The position numbers and the translations under genes were made by a program. The notes under the pieces were generated by a model. It did not search any database. It was not told where the DNA came from and saw only the letters and a program-made list of their open reading frames with translations. A DNA stretch of 64,000 bases. Source: Candidatus Latescibacterota bacterium. GTDB lineage: Bacteria; Latescibacterota; UBA2968. The stretch covers positions 5,376,001 through 5,440,000 of the forward strand of contig OZ244960.1 in assembly GCA_965222605.1 (NCBI GenBank), in the 5' to 3' direction. Below are positions 28,703 through 39,460 of the stretch, piece after piece. Every line of letters starts with the position of its first letter. Within the stretch, counting starts at the first letter, position 1.

Positions 28703-29632
28703 CTATCCGATTCCGACGAAAACAAGCCCTGTGAAGATAATGGCGACCCCGAGGTATTTGGGTGTGTAGCCGGGTTCTTTGAGAAGGAGGATACCGAAAA
28801 TAGTGCCCAGGGGAATGCTGATCTGGCGAAAAGTAACGACATAGCTGACGTTTGAGACAAAGGCCAGGCTGATCAGGACCAGAGTATAAGCGGCGGCCAT
28901 GCCAGCGCCTGCCAGTAGGGCGCGAGATGTTCGCGTTCTCAGGATTTCCCGCATAAGGATGCGACCGCGTTCTCGAAATAGAACCCAAACGCCCAGCCAG
29001 AGAGAGGTAATGAGGCCTTCAAAAAAGGCGTAGAGAATCGTAGCCTGCCAGCCTGCAATGGGGAGGGAGGGAGAATCTCTGAGGAGACGCAAAGCCTCGT
29101 CGTCGATGATCGAATAACCGGCTGTGGCGAAGGCGGCCATCAATGCAAACAATACCGATGCATTCAGGTAGTTGTCAATATGGAAATTACTCAGATGCTT
29201 CATGGGCAGGACAAACATTCCAACGGCAACCAGAGCAATGCCCCAAATGCACTGTGCGCTGACCTGGTCTGCGCGGTCAAAAAAAAGCGTCACGATAATG
29301 GCCACGATGACCGGAGAGGACCGGGCGAGGGGGTAGAGGATAGACAGGTCTCCTCTCTGGTATGCGTTGGCCAACCCGAGGATGTAGATGGCCTGAAAAA
29401 TACCTGTTGCGATAAGCAAGAGCCATACGGAGGTAGGGAATGTGGGAATTGCCGAACCGAACAGGATGAGTGCGGGAACCAGGCACAGAGTTCCCAATGT
29501 GTTGACCAGGAGGAAGAAGGCAGAGGACGGATGTTCCCGCTTACACAACAGGTTCCAGCCCACATGAGTGAAGGCGGAGATGAGGATGAGGATGATGGCG
29601 GTGAGAGTCAAGGCGATATTTCTCGAATTCAA
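28703..29632 (-). CDS. EamA/DMT family transporter
   Basis: About 10 hydrophobic segments, GDLS..YPLAR, LLKE. Confidence 0.9.
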   Translation of the reverse strand: MNSRNIALTLTAIILILISAFTHVGWNLLCKREHPSSAFFLLVNTLGTLCLVPALILFGSAIPTFPTSVWLLLIATGIFQAIYILGLANAYQRGDLSILYPLARSSPVIVAIIVTLFFDRADQVSAQCIWGIALVAVGMFVLPMKHLSNFHIDNYLNASVLFALMAAFATAGYSIIDDEALRLLRDSPSLPIAGWQATILYAFFEGLITSLWLGVWVLFRERGRILMREILRTRTSRALLAGAGMAAAYTLVLISLAFVSNVSYVVTFRQISIPLGTIFGILLLKEPGYTPKYLGVAIIFTGLVFVGIG

Positions 29633-29733
29633 TTGCCTGATGATGGCAGTACTGAAGTTGGCGGCTCGAAACAGGGATCTTATCGTAATGATTCTATACG
29701 ATGATGCACTCTGTGCCCGGGGTGCGTTCCGAT

Positions 29734-31026
29734 CTAACCGTCATCACGCCCATACGCACTCTCCCACGCCTTCACCCGTTCAAACAACACGCCCACGCGT
29801 TCTTGATATCTTTCATCCTCAATCCGATTATAAAACTCCTTCGGATCATTCACTAAATCATAATACTCTCCTGCCTCATCCTGATATACATTCAACTTTT
29901 CCGTCTCTGTCCGAATCATCTGAGTATTACCAATCTGACTGAATACCGCATCCCGCCAATCATCAGGGGGCGGCTCTCTATCCAGCAATGGTTTCAAAGA
30001 CCGTCCGTGTACAGAGTCAGGAACCTCAGCCCCAATCAGATCACAAATCGTCGGAAACAAATCAATGTGTTCTACCAGTTCCTCCCGTACCCCCGATCGC
30101 ATTCCTGGATCAGAAATCAGCAACGGCACATGCACCGAAGCCTCTCGCATATTAAACTTCAAAAACATCTCATGCTCCCACATCTGATCGCCGTGGTCTG
30201 CCGTCCAGATCACAATCGTCTCGTCCCTGATCCCCAACCGATCCAATGCATCTAAAACCATCCCACAATATCCATCCACAAGCTCAATCATCCCATAATA
30301 CCCCGCAATCACTTGCCTCAGTTCCACAGGTGTCAAATGCGTCCACTCTTTCCGTTTTCTCAAAATATCTTTGTGAGGCAACGGGGCATCAGCAGGTGCT
30401 TGCTCTGGTAATTCGATCTTTGACTGATCGATCTTTTCATAAATCTCTTTGGGCGGATAAAACGGGGGATGGGGCTCTGTAAAACTCGTCCAGGACAGAA
30501 ATTTCTCCCCTTTACTGACAGCCTCTTCAATCTGCCGAATTGACTCCGTCGCCACATGATATCCCCAATACTGTTCCCGACTTCGCGGACTTGGGCCGCC
30601 AGATGACCGCCGCAACACCGCCTCATTTTCCCAATCGTATCGGGCCAGCATATCCTCAGGCATTGTCTCGCGCCACATCTGTTGTGTAATCTCTGGCTCA
30701 TAGCCATTGTCCATATCGGGATCTTTCCAGTGCATATGGCCCAGATGAAAACGGCGATAATTCAAGGGTTGCACAGCGTGTGCAATCGTATACATCCCCG
30801 GATAAGGCATTGAGCTATTGGTAAAAACGCCCTGTGCATGTACATATTTGCCGGTTGCCAAACTGTGCCGCGCTGGCGCACACACAGGCGACTGTGTATA
30901 ACACCGGTCAAATCGCACACTCATTTCGGCCAGACGATCCAGATTGGGCGTATGTGCCAGTGGATTCCCCAGACACCCCAACGCATCAAATCTGTGATGG
31001 TCGCTCATCAAAACAAGCACATTCAT
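29734..31026 (-). CDS. Sulfatase
   Basis: TPNLDRLA, CAPAR, ADHG, IDLFPT. Confidence 0.92.
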   Translation of the reverse strand: MNVLVLMSDHHRFDALGCLGNPLAHTPNLDRLAEMSVRFDRCYTQSPVCAPARHSLATGKYVHAQGVFTNSSMPYPGMYTIAHAVQPLNYRRFHLGHMHWKDPDMDNGYEPEITQQMWRETMPEDMLARYDWENEAVLRRSSGGPSPRSREQYWGYHVATESIRQIEEAVSKGEKFLSWTSFTEPHPPFYPPKEIYEKIDQSKIELPEQAPADAPLPHKDILRKRKEWTHLTPVELRQVIAGYYGMIELVDGYCGMVLDALDRLGIRDETIVIWTADHGDQMWEHEMFLKFNMREASVHVPLLISDPGMRSGVREELVEHIDLFPTICDLIGAEVPDSVHGRSLKPLLDREPPPDDWRDAVFSQIGNTQMIRTETEKLNVYQDEAGEYYDLVNDPKEFYNRIEDERYQERVGVLFERVKAWESAYGRDDG

Positions 31027-31066
31027 CAATAAATCTCCTTTTAATTAAGATTCTTACAAGGAATAT

Positions 31067-32332
31067 TCAGGTTCCCGCCAACTCGAACTCACTCTCAAAC
31101 GCTGTCAGGGATTCCTGCATTTCACTTGCCAGTGCCCTCGAGTCGGGCGCTTCCGCCAGGTTCCTGGTCTCCCATGGATCCGCGTCCATATCGAAGAGCT
31201 GGATTATTGGATCGTCCTCATAGGTAATAAGCTTATGCGTGTCGGTGCGGAGCATTTTACCGCCTCCGGTGGCGTGTGCAACCACAAAATCCCGCCAATC
31301 TGGATTCTCCCCCTCAGCAATCGCACGCAGGCTGTATCCCCGCATCCTGGGAGGCGGCGAGATCCTGGCATAGTCACAAACTGTCGGAAAAACATCCACG
31401 CCCGATACGAGATGCTCCTGGTCGATCACCTGTTCCTCGATGTGACCGGGCCAACTCATGATAAAGGGTACCCGCACAGCCTCATCGTATAGAAAGCTCT
31501 TAAAGACCATTTTGTGCCGAAGATGCCCGTCCCCATGGTCGGACGTAAGGATCACGGCCGTATTGTCCTTAAATGCTGAGTTCTCGAGCGCGTCCAGGAT
31601 CAAGTCGATCTGCCCATCCACCTTTTCAATGTAGCGGTAATAGGTCCAGATATAGTATCGGAAGAGTTTCTCCTCCCACTTTTCCATACCCGATTCTTCG
31701 CCTCGGTCTGCCATTTTCTGATTCCGGGAATTCCTGACGCTTTCCGGCTCCGCCATGTCTGTCTCGAAATTGGGAGGCAGCGGAGGAAGATCGTCGATCT
31801 CGGGGAACGGCATCTTTCCATCATACATCGTATGCGTCAGCACGAAGGAGCAGATATCGTGCGGATTCAAGAGTCCGACTGACAGGAAGAAGGGTTCTTT
31901 CCTCTGGTAGTTCTGGAGAAACCCGATCGCACTGCGGGTCGAAACAATGTCTCCGGTTTCAGCCGTATTCCGCGGGTCGTTGCAGACATAGTGAAAACTC
32001 TGTGCAACATCTCTGCCGGGAATATGCCATTTCCCGCTGTAGTAGGCGTTGTAACCATTTTTGTTCAGCCATTGCCCCAGGTCCGGCATGGACGGAACCA
32101 TGTTGGCACCATTGGTCACCACTCCGTTCTCGGGGGTGTGGCGCCCGGTAAACCAACTCGCACGCGCTGGACAGCAGACAGGATTCGCGCTATAGGACTT
32201 TACAAAGCTGATTCCCCTTGCTGCAAGCCGGTCCATACTGGGCGTCTTCACGTCATTGCACCCCAGATGTCCAAGGGCTTCCGCGCTATGCTGATCGGTC
32301 GTAATCAGAAGAATATTCGGTCTCTGTTCCAT
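31067..32332 (-). CDS. Sulfatase
   Basis: PNILLITTDQH, CCPAR, GKWH, SDHG. Confidence 0.93.
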   Translation of the reverse strand: MEQRPNILLITTDQHSAEALGHLGCNDVKTPSMDRLAARGISFVKSYSANPVCCPARASWFTGRHTPENGVVTNGANMVPSMPDLGQWLNKNGYNAYYSGKWHIPGRDVAQSFHYVCNDPRNTAETGDIVSTRSAIGFLQNYQRKEPFFLSVGLLNPHDICSFVLTHTMYDGKMPFPEIDDLPPLPPNFETDMAEPESVRNSRNQKMADRGEESGMEKWEEKLFRYYIWTYYRYIEKVDGQIDLILDALENSAFKDNTAVILTSDHGDGHLRHKMVFKSFLYDEAVRVPFIMSWPGHIEEQVIDQEHLVSGVDVFPTVCDYARISPPPRMRGYSLRAIAEGENPDWRDFVVAHATGGGKMLRTDTHKLITYEDDPIIQLFDMDADPWETRNLAEAPDSRALASEMQESLTAFESEFELAGT

Positions 32333-32335
32333 CGC

Positions 32336-33064
32336 TTATGACGCCTCCCTCTTGAGAATCACCGTCCGACGCGTACTCATCACCAGAAATAATCGTCCAT
32401 TCGCATCCACATAATAACAGGTCGGAATAACGGATTCCCCGTAATGACAATACACATCGGTAGTCACAGCACTTTGATCTGTTGTGATCTCCGATGTCCC
32501 GCGATAAATTAGAAACTGCCTTTCTCGGATCATCGAGAACTCTTCTATCAGGTCAAATGTATGCTTTGTAGTGTCCATTCCGACGGCCAGCCGCTGGACT
32601 GCGTCAAAAAGACACCAGTCGGCGGTATAGTGCCCAAGCGTCTTTGAACGCGCAGGCTCTTTGCCATCCATCAAAAGTCGGCTATCTCGAACTTCGCCTT
32701 TCTGGGTGTAGCCAACCAGTCCTTTTCCCGCCGGGCTCCCGTTGGAATACTTTAGCGTCCAGGCCTTTGGAGATGTGAGTGCGTTGTTCTCGCATTGTGC
32801 ATTAATCTCTGTCGTGTTATCGAACTTCAGGTCCGAGCAGGTGATTCCCAAATGACGGTCTTCACCCTCATTTCTGGCGGAAATCCTGAGCGTAGCCTCA
32901 GGCTCGTGAGATCTACTGCCGGAATTCCCTCGCTTCGTCCGAATGTTCATCCAGTAGATATCGTATGTCTGCTCTCCCGGTGCCTCCGGATTAAAGGCTC
33001 CGGCGGGCAAACCGTACTTGTTCAATACCCTTTTCGTATGGATATATTCCCATGGCTCAGCCAT
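32336..33064 (-). CDS. Hypothetical protein
   Basis: 242-aa ORF with RBS, tightly coupled to the sulfatase. Confidence 0.65.
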   Translation of the reverse strand: MAEPWEYIHTKRVLNKYGLPAGAFNPEAPGEQTYDIYWMNIRTKRGNSGSRSHEPEATLRISARNEGEDRHLGITCSDLKFDNTTEINAQCENNALTSPKAWTLKYSNGSPAGKGLVGYTQKGEVRDSRLLMDGKEPARSKTLGHYTADWCLFDAVQRLAVGMDTTKHTFDLIEEFSMIRERQFLIYRGTSEITTDQSAVTTDVYCHYGESVIPTCYYVDANGRLFLVMSTRRTVILKREAS

Positions 33065-33202
33065 TCCCCCGCTCCTTTCTAAGGAAGTCTCTCAATGAAA
33101 GATATTTAGATTCTACAACATACCGGGTGGGAGTGCAAGTATCATCTGGTATGGATTTCGAAAGGGTGTTGGAAAATGCTCTATGACCTACTTTGGCTGG
33201 GC

Positions 33203-33231
33203 TTGACCCACAAAGGCGAAGTCGCTATCGT
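33203..33231 (+). promoter_or_regulatory. Putative sigma70 promoter
   Basis: TTGACC-17nt-TATCGT. Confidence 0.55.
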
Positions 33232-33277
33232 ATCGGGCGCGAATTGTATTATAGGAGCGACTAATGGAGGACCGATA

Positions 33278-34363
33278 ATGTCGAATGAAAAGCCAAATGT
33301 GCTGGTGATTCAGCCCGATCAGCACCGCGGAACGGTGATGGGTTGCGCAGGTGACTCGCAAGTGAAAACGCCGAATCTGGACCGCCTTGCGTCGGAGGGA
33401 ATCCGGTTCTCCCGCTGCGCTTCGTCCAGCCCTGTGTGCTCCCCATTTCGGGGGACGATGCAGACCGGATTGTATTGCCATACCCACGGCGTGGATGTGA
33501 ACAATATTCTGCTGGATCCCGAGATGATCACGTTCGCCGACCTGTTTGCGGACGCTGGATACGCCACGGGCTATATCGGGAAATGGCATCTGGATGGGGG
33601 CATTCCCAGTGGTGGCGGATTCATCGAGCCCGGTCCAAGGCGAGCGGGATGGCAGGAATGGCACGGATATCAGAAGGGGCACCAGTTTTTCGAAGTCTGG
33701 GACTACAACGAGAATCGCGAGAAGGTGCGGATCGAAGGCTACGACTGGGAGCCGACATGGCATACGGATATGGCTCTGGACTTTGCAAAACGAAATCGCG
33801 ACGCTGGTCATCCCTGGCTCTACTATTTGGGATATGGCCCGCCGCACAAGCCCGAACAGTGCCCGCAGAAGTATCTGGATATGTACGATCCAGATACCTT
33901 TGAACTGCCAGACGACGTGAAGGGACGGTTCGGAGAGCGGGAACACGAGCTTCGGAGGCTTTATCAGATGTATTACGGTCAGGTAACGGCGGTGGATGTG
34001 GACCTCACCCCTACGATTTTAGACCTGGCGGGATTGGGGATTCCCGATGTGATGCAGGGCGACAGTATGGCGAGCTGGTGTCTGGAGGGAAAAGGCGTGG
34101 AGAACGACTGTGTATATATGGGACTCCGTGGCGCAAGCCAGCCTGGTGGATGGCGCGCCGTGTGGGATGGCGGCTACGTGTTTTCGCCAGGTATTCACAA
34201 TGTTCTATATGACCACGAATCCGATCCGCTGGAGATGGAAAATCTCATCGACGTGCCACAGATTTCAGGTGAGAGGAAGCGGTTGGCGGAGCTACTCGTA
34301 CAGATGGCCGAGAAGACGGAAGATCCGATGCTGCAAGAGGTGAAAGGCCTTTGCAGTATGTGA
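33278..34363 (+). pseudogene. Sulfatase with an in-frame internal deletion (probably inactive)
   Basis: CSPFR and GKWH present, but YYGQVTAVD is joined directly to VDLTPT; the SDHG segment is missing. Confidence 0.75.
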
Positions 34364-34369
34364 GCTAAG

Positions 34370-34490
34370 GCGCGTGGTTTAATGGATCGCCTTCAACTCC
34401 TTTTATGCAGGGCAGCAGAGAGCGTCCTTCAGTTTCTCCTGGATTTTCAGCATCGGCCAGATGGAGAATATTGGTCTGTGTATCATGTGT
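34370..34490 (-). pseudogene. Sulfatase-like internal fragment
   Basis: Encodes NILHLADAENPGETEGRSLLPCIKG. Confidence 0.5.
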
Positions 34491-34528
34491 TCGGGGTGGG
34501 GGAGGGGTCGATTGATCTTTTTTTTCTA

Positions 34529-36985
34529 TCAGTTGCTTTTGAAAGGGTCGCTCAAAACAACGAGGGTGATGAGATCATGCAGGCCCTTATTTTTTTCCTG
34601 TACATCCCGAACTATTGCATCAACCCCTGGTCGATCAGAAATTCCCAACTCGCGACCAATTGCATAGGTCAGCAATTTATCTGTCAGACAACGCGTGAAT
34701 TCTGCGTGACGCTTTGTCATTAGCTTGCGAAATTCGATGAAGGATTTAAAAGTTTCGCCACTCGGCAATTTTCCCGAAGGATCAATCGCTGCGCTTTGGG
34801 TATAGCGGGTTCGCCAACCGCCGATCGCATCAAAGTTTTCCAGCGCAAAACCAGGCGGATCGATTTTGCTATGACATTGGGCGCAGGTCGGCATCTCGCG
34901 GTGCTTGACCAGTTGATCTCTGATGGTTGTTGCCCCTCGCGTGTCTGGCTCAATCTCAGGCACATCGTCCGGCGGTGGCGGCGGTGTGTATCCCAGCAAA
35001 TTTTCCAGCACATAAATCCCGCGCACCACAGGCGAAGTATCTACGCCATTGGCCGAAGCCATGAGAAAACTGCCCTGGCCCAGCAAACCACCGCGTGGTG
35101 TCCCGGTGAGCGGAACCCGGCGAAAATGCGCTCCCTCAATACCTTCTATCCCATAATGCCGGGCAAGTTCCCGATTGAGAAAGGAATAATCAGCAGAAAG
35201 AAATTCACGGAGCGAAAGATTGTTGTCGAGTACGTGCCCAAAAAACGTCTCTGTTTCAGTCAACATAGCAGGGCCGAGATTATCGCGGAAATAGACTCTA
35301 AAATCCGGGGACGGTGGCATCTCACCAATGTTGTCATAGTCGAGCCACACGCGAATGAAATCTTTAACAAAGCGGTGCGACTTTGTGTCACTGAGCATAC
35401 GATGGATCTGCTTACTGAGCGTGGCCGGGTCGCTGAGTTTCTTCTGTTGAGCAAGTGATAGCAGTTCATCATCTGGCACGGAAGACCACAAAAAATAGGA
35501 TAATCGGGCAGCCAGAGAATAATCATCCAGGGCGCCCTCGCCTTCATGCAAAAACAGAAAAGCAGGCGAACTGAGAATGGCCTGAAAACCCAGTTGTAAT
35601 GCGGCCAACGGCGCCATGCCATTGCTGAGTTTTTCATGCGCAAGCGACTCAAATGGTGCCAGTTCTCCAGGCCGCAAGGGCCTGCGAAAAGCGTCTGTGG
35701 CAAATGCACGCAAACGCTCCGAAATGCTCTTCCGGTCCAAATCCTCAGGTTGTAAATCGCCATACATCAACTGATGTCCGCGTGGAGGCCAGTCTTTCAC
35801 TTGGGGTCCACTAACCTGAACTTCCCAAATCCTTAGCTTAGGCCCGCGGTAAACCTTGAGCAGCGCGTGATTTCTTTCATTACCCGGTTTCTGATCTACG
35901 AAGGGCAGGATTTCGGGTTTTGGATTTTTTGCCCTGGTAAGCTTGCGAACCAGTGCTTTGGTTGCCAATGTTCCATTGCGGAAACGAACCTCAGGCTCAA
36001 CCCCTTTTTCCAGATAAACATCCCATTCAAACCACTGAGGCTCTTCACGGATCAGTTCAACAGTTGCAAGCGTGTATTCGCGAGAAATATTGCCCGTGCT
36101 CTCCACACTGCCTTTGCGATCTACGGCCGCCAACTCCAGCACAAGCGGATCGCCTTTGGGAAAATCGTTGAGTTCTTTGTCATAATGGTGATTGCGATCA
36201 ATTGCTGCCGCCCGCACCCTTATAGTATAGGTTCCACTGACAGGGACACCACCATCCATCAGCGGATAAAAACCAATATGACCACCCCGGTAGTGCCGTC
36301 CAGTCAGATCATCGTATCCCGTATCTGACACAAACCGAAAGCGATCCTCTCTAAAAACCTTGGGCAAGGAGCTGGCCTGTTTGCCTTTAAAATAGAAAGG
36401 GGATTTCTGCACGTAATTTTTGGCTTCGGGTTTGGCTTCAAAATGCGTGGCTCGCGTGACGGCTTCTTCAGCAACACGCAAATAGTGATCGAGCAACATG
36501 CCCGACGTGACAAGCCCGGCGGCATTGTTATCAAAGCCTTTGACCTTCACTTCGGGTGGAAAATCTTCCGTTGGATCCCAGGCCTCCATATTCAGACGGA
36601 GTAAATCACCGAGTGTTTGGCGATATTCCCAGGCGTTGAGTCGCCTAAGAGGTGTATGCTGTCCTTTGCCTGACAATCGCATACGCGCTTCAGCAATTGA
36701 TACTGTAATCACTTGAACAGTGGCAAGCACCTCATCTTTACTCGGCTGCATCTGGCGCTTTGGTGGCATCGACTGCAGGTTGAGCTGATCAACAATATCC
36801 TGCCATAGTTCTAATTCTTTGAGGTTGACAATCGTCTCAGAAAACTGATCAAAGCGCCGATCGGCTTTTTGCACGCTTGAACCATGACACTTTACACAAT
36901 ATTGTGTAAGAAATGCCCCGGGCAGTTCTGCCCAAACAGAATGAGCGCATAGCGTGAAGACAATAACCATCAAAACCCGCTTCAT
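34529..36985 (-). CDS. DUF1592/DUF1588 (planctomycete cytochrome c domain) protein
   Basis: CVKCH, LRRLN..EY, RLSYFLWSS.PD, TSPVVRG, CAQCH. Confidence 0.93.
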   Translation of the reverse strand: MKRVLMVIVFTLCAHSVWAELPGAFLTQYCVKCHGSSVQKADRRFDQFSETIVNLKELELWQDIVDQLNLQSMPPKRQMQPSKDEVLATVQVITVSIAEARMRLSGKGQHTPLRRLNAWEYRQTLGDLLRLNMEAWDPTEDFPPEVKVKGFDNNAAGLVTSGMLLDHYLRVAEEAVTRATHFEAKPEAKNYVQKSPFYFKGKQASSLPKVFREDRFRFVSDTGYDDLTGRHYRGGHIGFYPLMDGGVPVSGTYTIRVRAAAIDRNHHYDKELNDFPKGDPLVLELAAVDRKGSVESTGNISREYTLATVELIREEPQWFEWDVYLEKGVEPEVRFRNGTLATKALVRKLTRAKNPKPEILPFVDQKPGNERNHALLKVYRGPKLRIWEVQVSGPQVKDWPPRGHQLMYGDLQPEDLDRKSISERLRAFATDAFRRPLRPGELAPFESLAHEKLSNGMAPLAALQLGFQAILSSPAFLFLHEGEGALDDYSLAARLSYFLWSSVPDDELLSLAQQKKLSDPATLSKQIHRMLSDTKSHRFVKDFIRVWLDYDNIGEMPPSPDFRVYFRDNLGPAMLTETETFFGHVLDNNLSLREFLSADYSFLNRELARHYGIEGIEGAHFRRVPLTGTPRGGLLGQGSFLMASANGVDTSPVVRGIYVLENLLGYTPPPPPDDVPEIEPDTRGATTIRDQLVKHREMPTCAQCHSKIDPPGFALENFDAIGGWRTRYTQSAAIDPSGKLPSGETFKSFIEFRKLMTKRHAEFTRCLTDKLLTYAIGRELGISDRPGVDAIVRDVQEKNKGLHDLITLVVLSDPFKSN

Positions 36986-38235
36986 GAAATCTCCATCGCA
37001 GAAAAGGTCCCGGTGCTTTTACCAAAGCTATCTCGCTCTACGCCAAACCACTGCAGGGCGGAAAGCCAGAGATTTGACAGCGGAATTCGCTTGTGTGCCT
37101 CAGCAGGACACACGAGATGCCCTTGATGGTTCAAACCGCCCCCCGCGAGAATTACCGGCAAATTCTTATTGGAATGCCTTGAACCATCGCCCATGCCACT
37201 TCCCAGAACAATTAGTGTGTCGTCAAACACCTTTGCTTCTTTGAGGTGATCCAGAAACCGACCAAACTGAGTCAACAAATATTCTTCCACAACCTGCAGG
37301 TCTTTCAATCGCCCCTCCGCCTTGCCGTGATGTGAAAGGCCGTGATATCCGCCAAGGTTGAGTTCGGACGTCTTAAAGGCCAGGGGGATTTCAAAGGTCG
37401 CAACCCGTGTCGAGTCTGTCTGTAATGCCAGCGTTAGCAGATCATAAAAAAGCGGCATTTCCTCAATTTGCATCCGTTCGAGGTCTTCCACAGGCTCAAT
37501 TGGAGATTCTGGCTTGGGTTTGTCGAGCCATTCGCGCGACATTTGCAGGCGATGCTCGACATCGCGCACCGAAGTCAGATATTGATCGAGCTTACCGCGA
37601 TCCGCCGCATTCAATTGCCCATGGAGTGTCTTGGCCGACTCAAGCAAGGCGTCAAGTACACTGCCCCGATTTGATAATGTACGACGCTCTGCGCTTCGCA
37701 TAGCCTCATCATTCTGTACAAACAAAGCTTGAAAAATGCGGGCAGGATTGTTAATCGGTGCCACATTTACGCCCGACCGCATCCATACCATGTCTGTACC
37801 TTTGCCCAACCCTGCAGTAATTGAGGGAAAGCGCGTTGTACTGCCCACATGCTCAGCCGCCATCTGGTCCAGCGTCATATTCTTTTCGGGGAAACCCGCG
37901 GCTTCTTCCTTGCGCACGCTGCTCAGAAACACGTGTACGCCAGCGTGTCCACCACCCGTACCATGATCGAGATTTGAAAAGACAGTAAAATCACCTCGGT
38001 GTGAATTGATATACTTCAGCGTCAGGCTCGTCTCATAGTCCTTACCGAGTTGCTTGGGAAAAAATCCGCCCGGCCAAAATCCCAGATGATTGCCCACGCA
38101 GACCAGGCGCCTCGGATTTGCCGCACCGTACACCATTCTGCTTTCTAAGAAAGGCAAAGATAGTGCTACGCCTGCGCCCTGTAAAAAGTGCCGACGATTA
38201 ACCCGCGCTTGCAAAAGTTCAGAAATGACGTTCAT
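36982..38235 (-). CDS. DUF1552 domain protein
   Basis: NRRHFL Tat motif, ALQTDSTRV, H.LSHH; canonical partner of DUF1592. Confidence 0.93.
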   Translation of the reverse strand: MNVISELLQARVNRRHFLQGAGVALSLPFLESRMVYGAANPRRLVCVGNHLGFWPGGFFPKQLGKDYETSLTLKYINSHRGDFTVFSNLDHGTGGGHAGVHVFLSSVRKEEAAGFPEKNMTLDQMAAEHVGSTTRFPSITAGLGKGTDMVWMRSGVNVAPINNPARIFQALFVQNDEAMRSAERRTLSNRGSVLDALLESAKTLHGQLNAADRGKLDQYLTSVRDVEHRLQMSREWLDKPKPESPIEPVEDLERMQIEEMPLFYDLLTLALQTDSTRVATFEIPLAFKTSELNLGGYHGLSHHGKAEGRLKDLQVVEEYLLTQFGRFLDHLKEAKVFDDTLIVLGSGMGDGSRHSNKNLPVILAGGGLNHQGHLVCPAEAHKRIPLSNLWLSALQWFGVERDSFGKSTGTFSAMEIS

Positions 38236-38311
38236 GCCTTATCCCCTGATTAACTGTTTCTGTATAAGTTGGAATCTCTACGCCAAAATTCGTCCTAATA
38301 TAGCAGACAAC

Positions 38312-38397
38312 GCGGCATTTGGCAACGAGTGGTATGTACGCAATATGTATATCGAAGGTTCGCCTGAGCACGAGCATTTTGTGTCGCGAATTGGAGA
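38312..38397 (+). pseudogene. Internal fragment of a GH29 alpha-L-fucosidase
   Basis: AFGNEWYVRNMYIEGS resembles the GH29 VPAFGNEWY.RNMY motif. Confidence 0.7.
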
Positions 38398-38419
38398 TGT
38401 GACATCATTTGATAGGGGT

Positions 38420-39418
38420 TCAGATTGTCGTTCTTCCCTGATACAGTAGTGGATGTATGATCCCAATCGCGTCAATCTCAGACTGGAGATCGGTGGGGAG
38501 GGGGCCACGCTCAATGGCGTCGATATTCGATTCGATTTCATGCGGATTTTTGAAGCCAGTCACGATACATTTGAGACGCTGCTCAGGCAGTAGCCAGCGC
38601 AGGGTGAGCTCCGGCAACTCCAGGCCCGATGATGCCTGGATGTCCAGGTATTTGCAATACGCGCGGTGGAAGCCTTCATCCATCCATTCGGGAAGATGGT
38701 CACGCCAGTCTGACTTGGCAACGGCAAGCCAGCCCTTCATAAACATCGCACCACCAACTACTCCTACGCCCTCTTCTTCGGTAAGGGGAAGCAGAAAGCG
38801 GGCAGCGTTGCGATAAATCGGATTGTATTGGTGTGCGACCATCATTGAGTCCAATTCAGTGGCGCTGACCAGCCGAGCAAGGCGTCGTGCATCTTTACCC
38901 GTGATGCCGATGAAGCGTGCCTTGCCTTGTTTCTTTGCAATGCGAAGAAACTCCAAACAAGGTGCCGCCGGAAAGTCATACTCTTCCTCGTCTATGATCA
39001 GTGGTCCTCCGTGGGATATGGCAATCTCCTCAGGCAAAGGATCATCTGACCACCACTTTCGCTGATCTGCCTCATGTAGCTGGATCAGATCCACATAGTC
39101 GGTCTGAAGTCTGCATAGACTCTCTTCAAATTGTCGCATGAGGGAGTCGACTTTGCGGTGTCCCCCTGGGTCTTCTACACCACCCACCTTGGTCGCCAAG
39201 AATACCGTTTCCCGCCGACCTCGCAATGCCTCACCTAACAGACGCTCATCTTCGCCTTTGCCATAGGCGGCAGCCGTATCGAAGTAATCGATCCCCCGGT
39301 CAACTGCCAGGGCAATACATTCGTTTACTCCCTGTTGGCCCTGGCCAGACATAAAACAGGTGCCCAGGCCAAGTTCGCTGACGTTCACTCCCGTATTTCC
39401 AAGTGCTCGACGCTTCAT
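38420..39418 (-). CDS. Aldo/keto reductase
   Basis: LGNTGVNVSELGLG, FDTAAAYG, LATK, LQTDYVDLIQLH. Confidence 0.93.
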   Translation of the reverse strand: MKRRALGNTGVNVSELGLGTCFMSGQGQQGVNECIALAVDRGIDYFDTAAAYGKGEDERLLGEALRGRRETVFLATKVGGVEDPGGHRKVDSLMRQFEESLCRLQTDYVDLIQLHEADQRKWWSDDPLPEEIAISHGGPLIIDEEEYDFPAAPCLEFLRIAKKQGKARFIGITGKDARRLARLVSATELDSMMVAHQYNPIYRNAARFLLPLTEEEGVGVVGGAMFMKGWLAVAKSDWRDHLPEWMDEGFHRAYCKYLDIQASSGLELPELTLRWLLPEQRLKCIVTGFKNPHEIESNIDAIERGPLPTDLQSEIDAIGIIHPLLYQGRTTI

Positions 39419-39460
39419 ATGAATACCGTAATCCTTTCGCCGTCATACGGAATGATTCTG

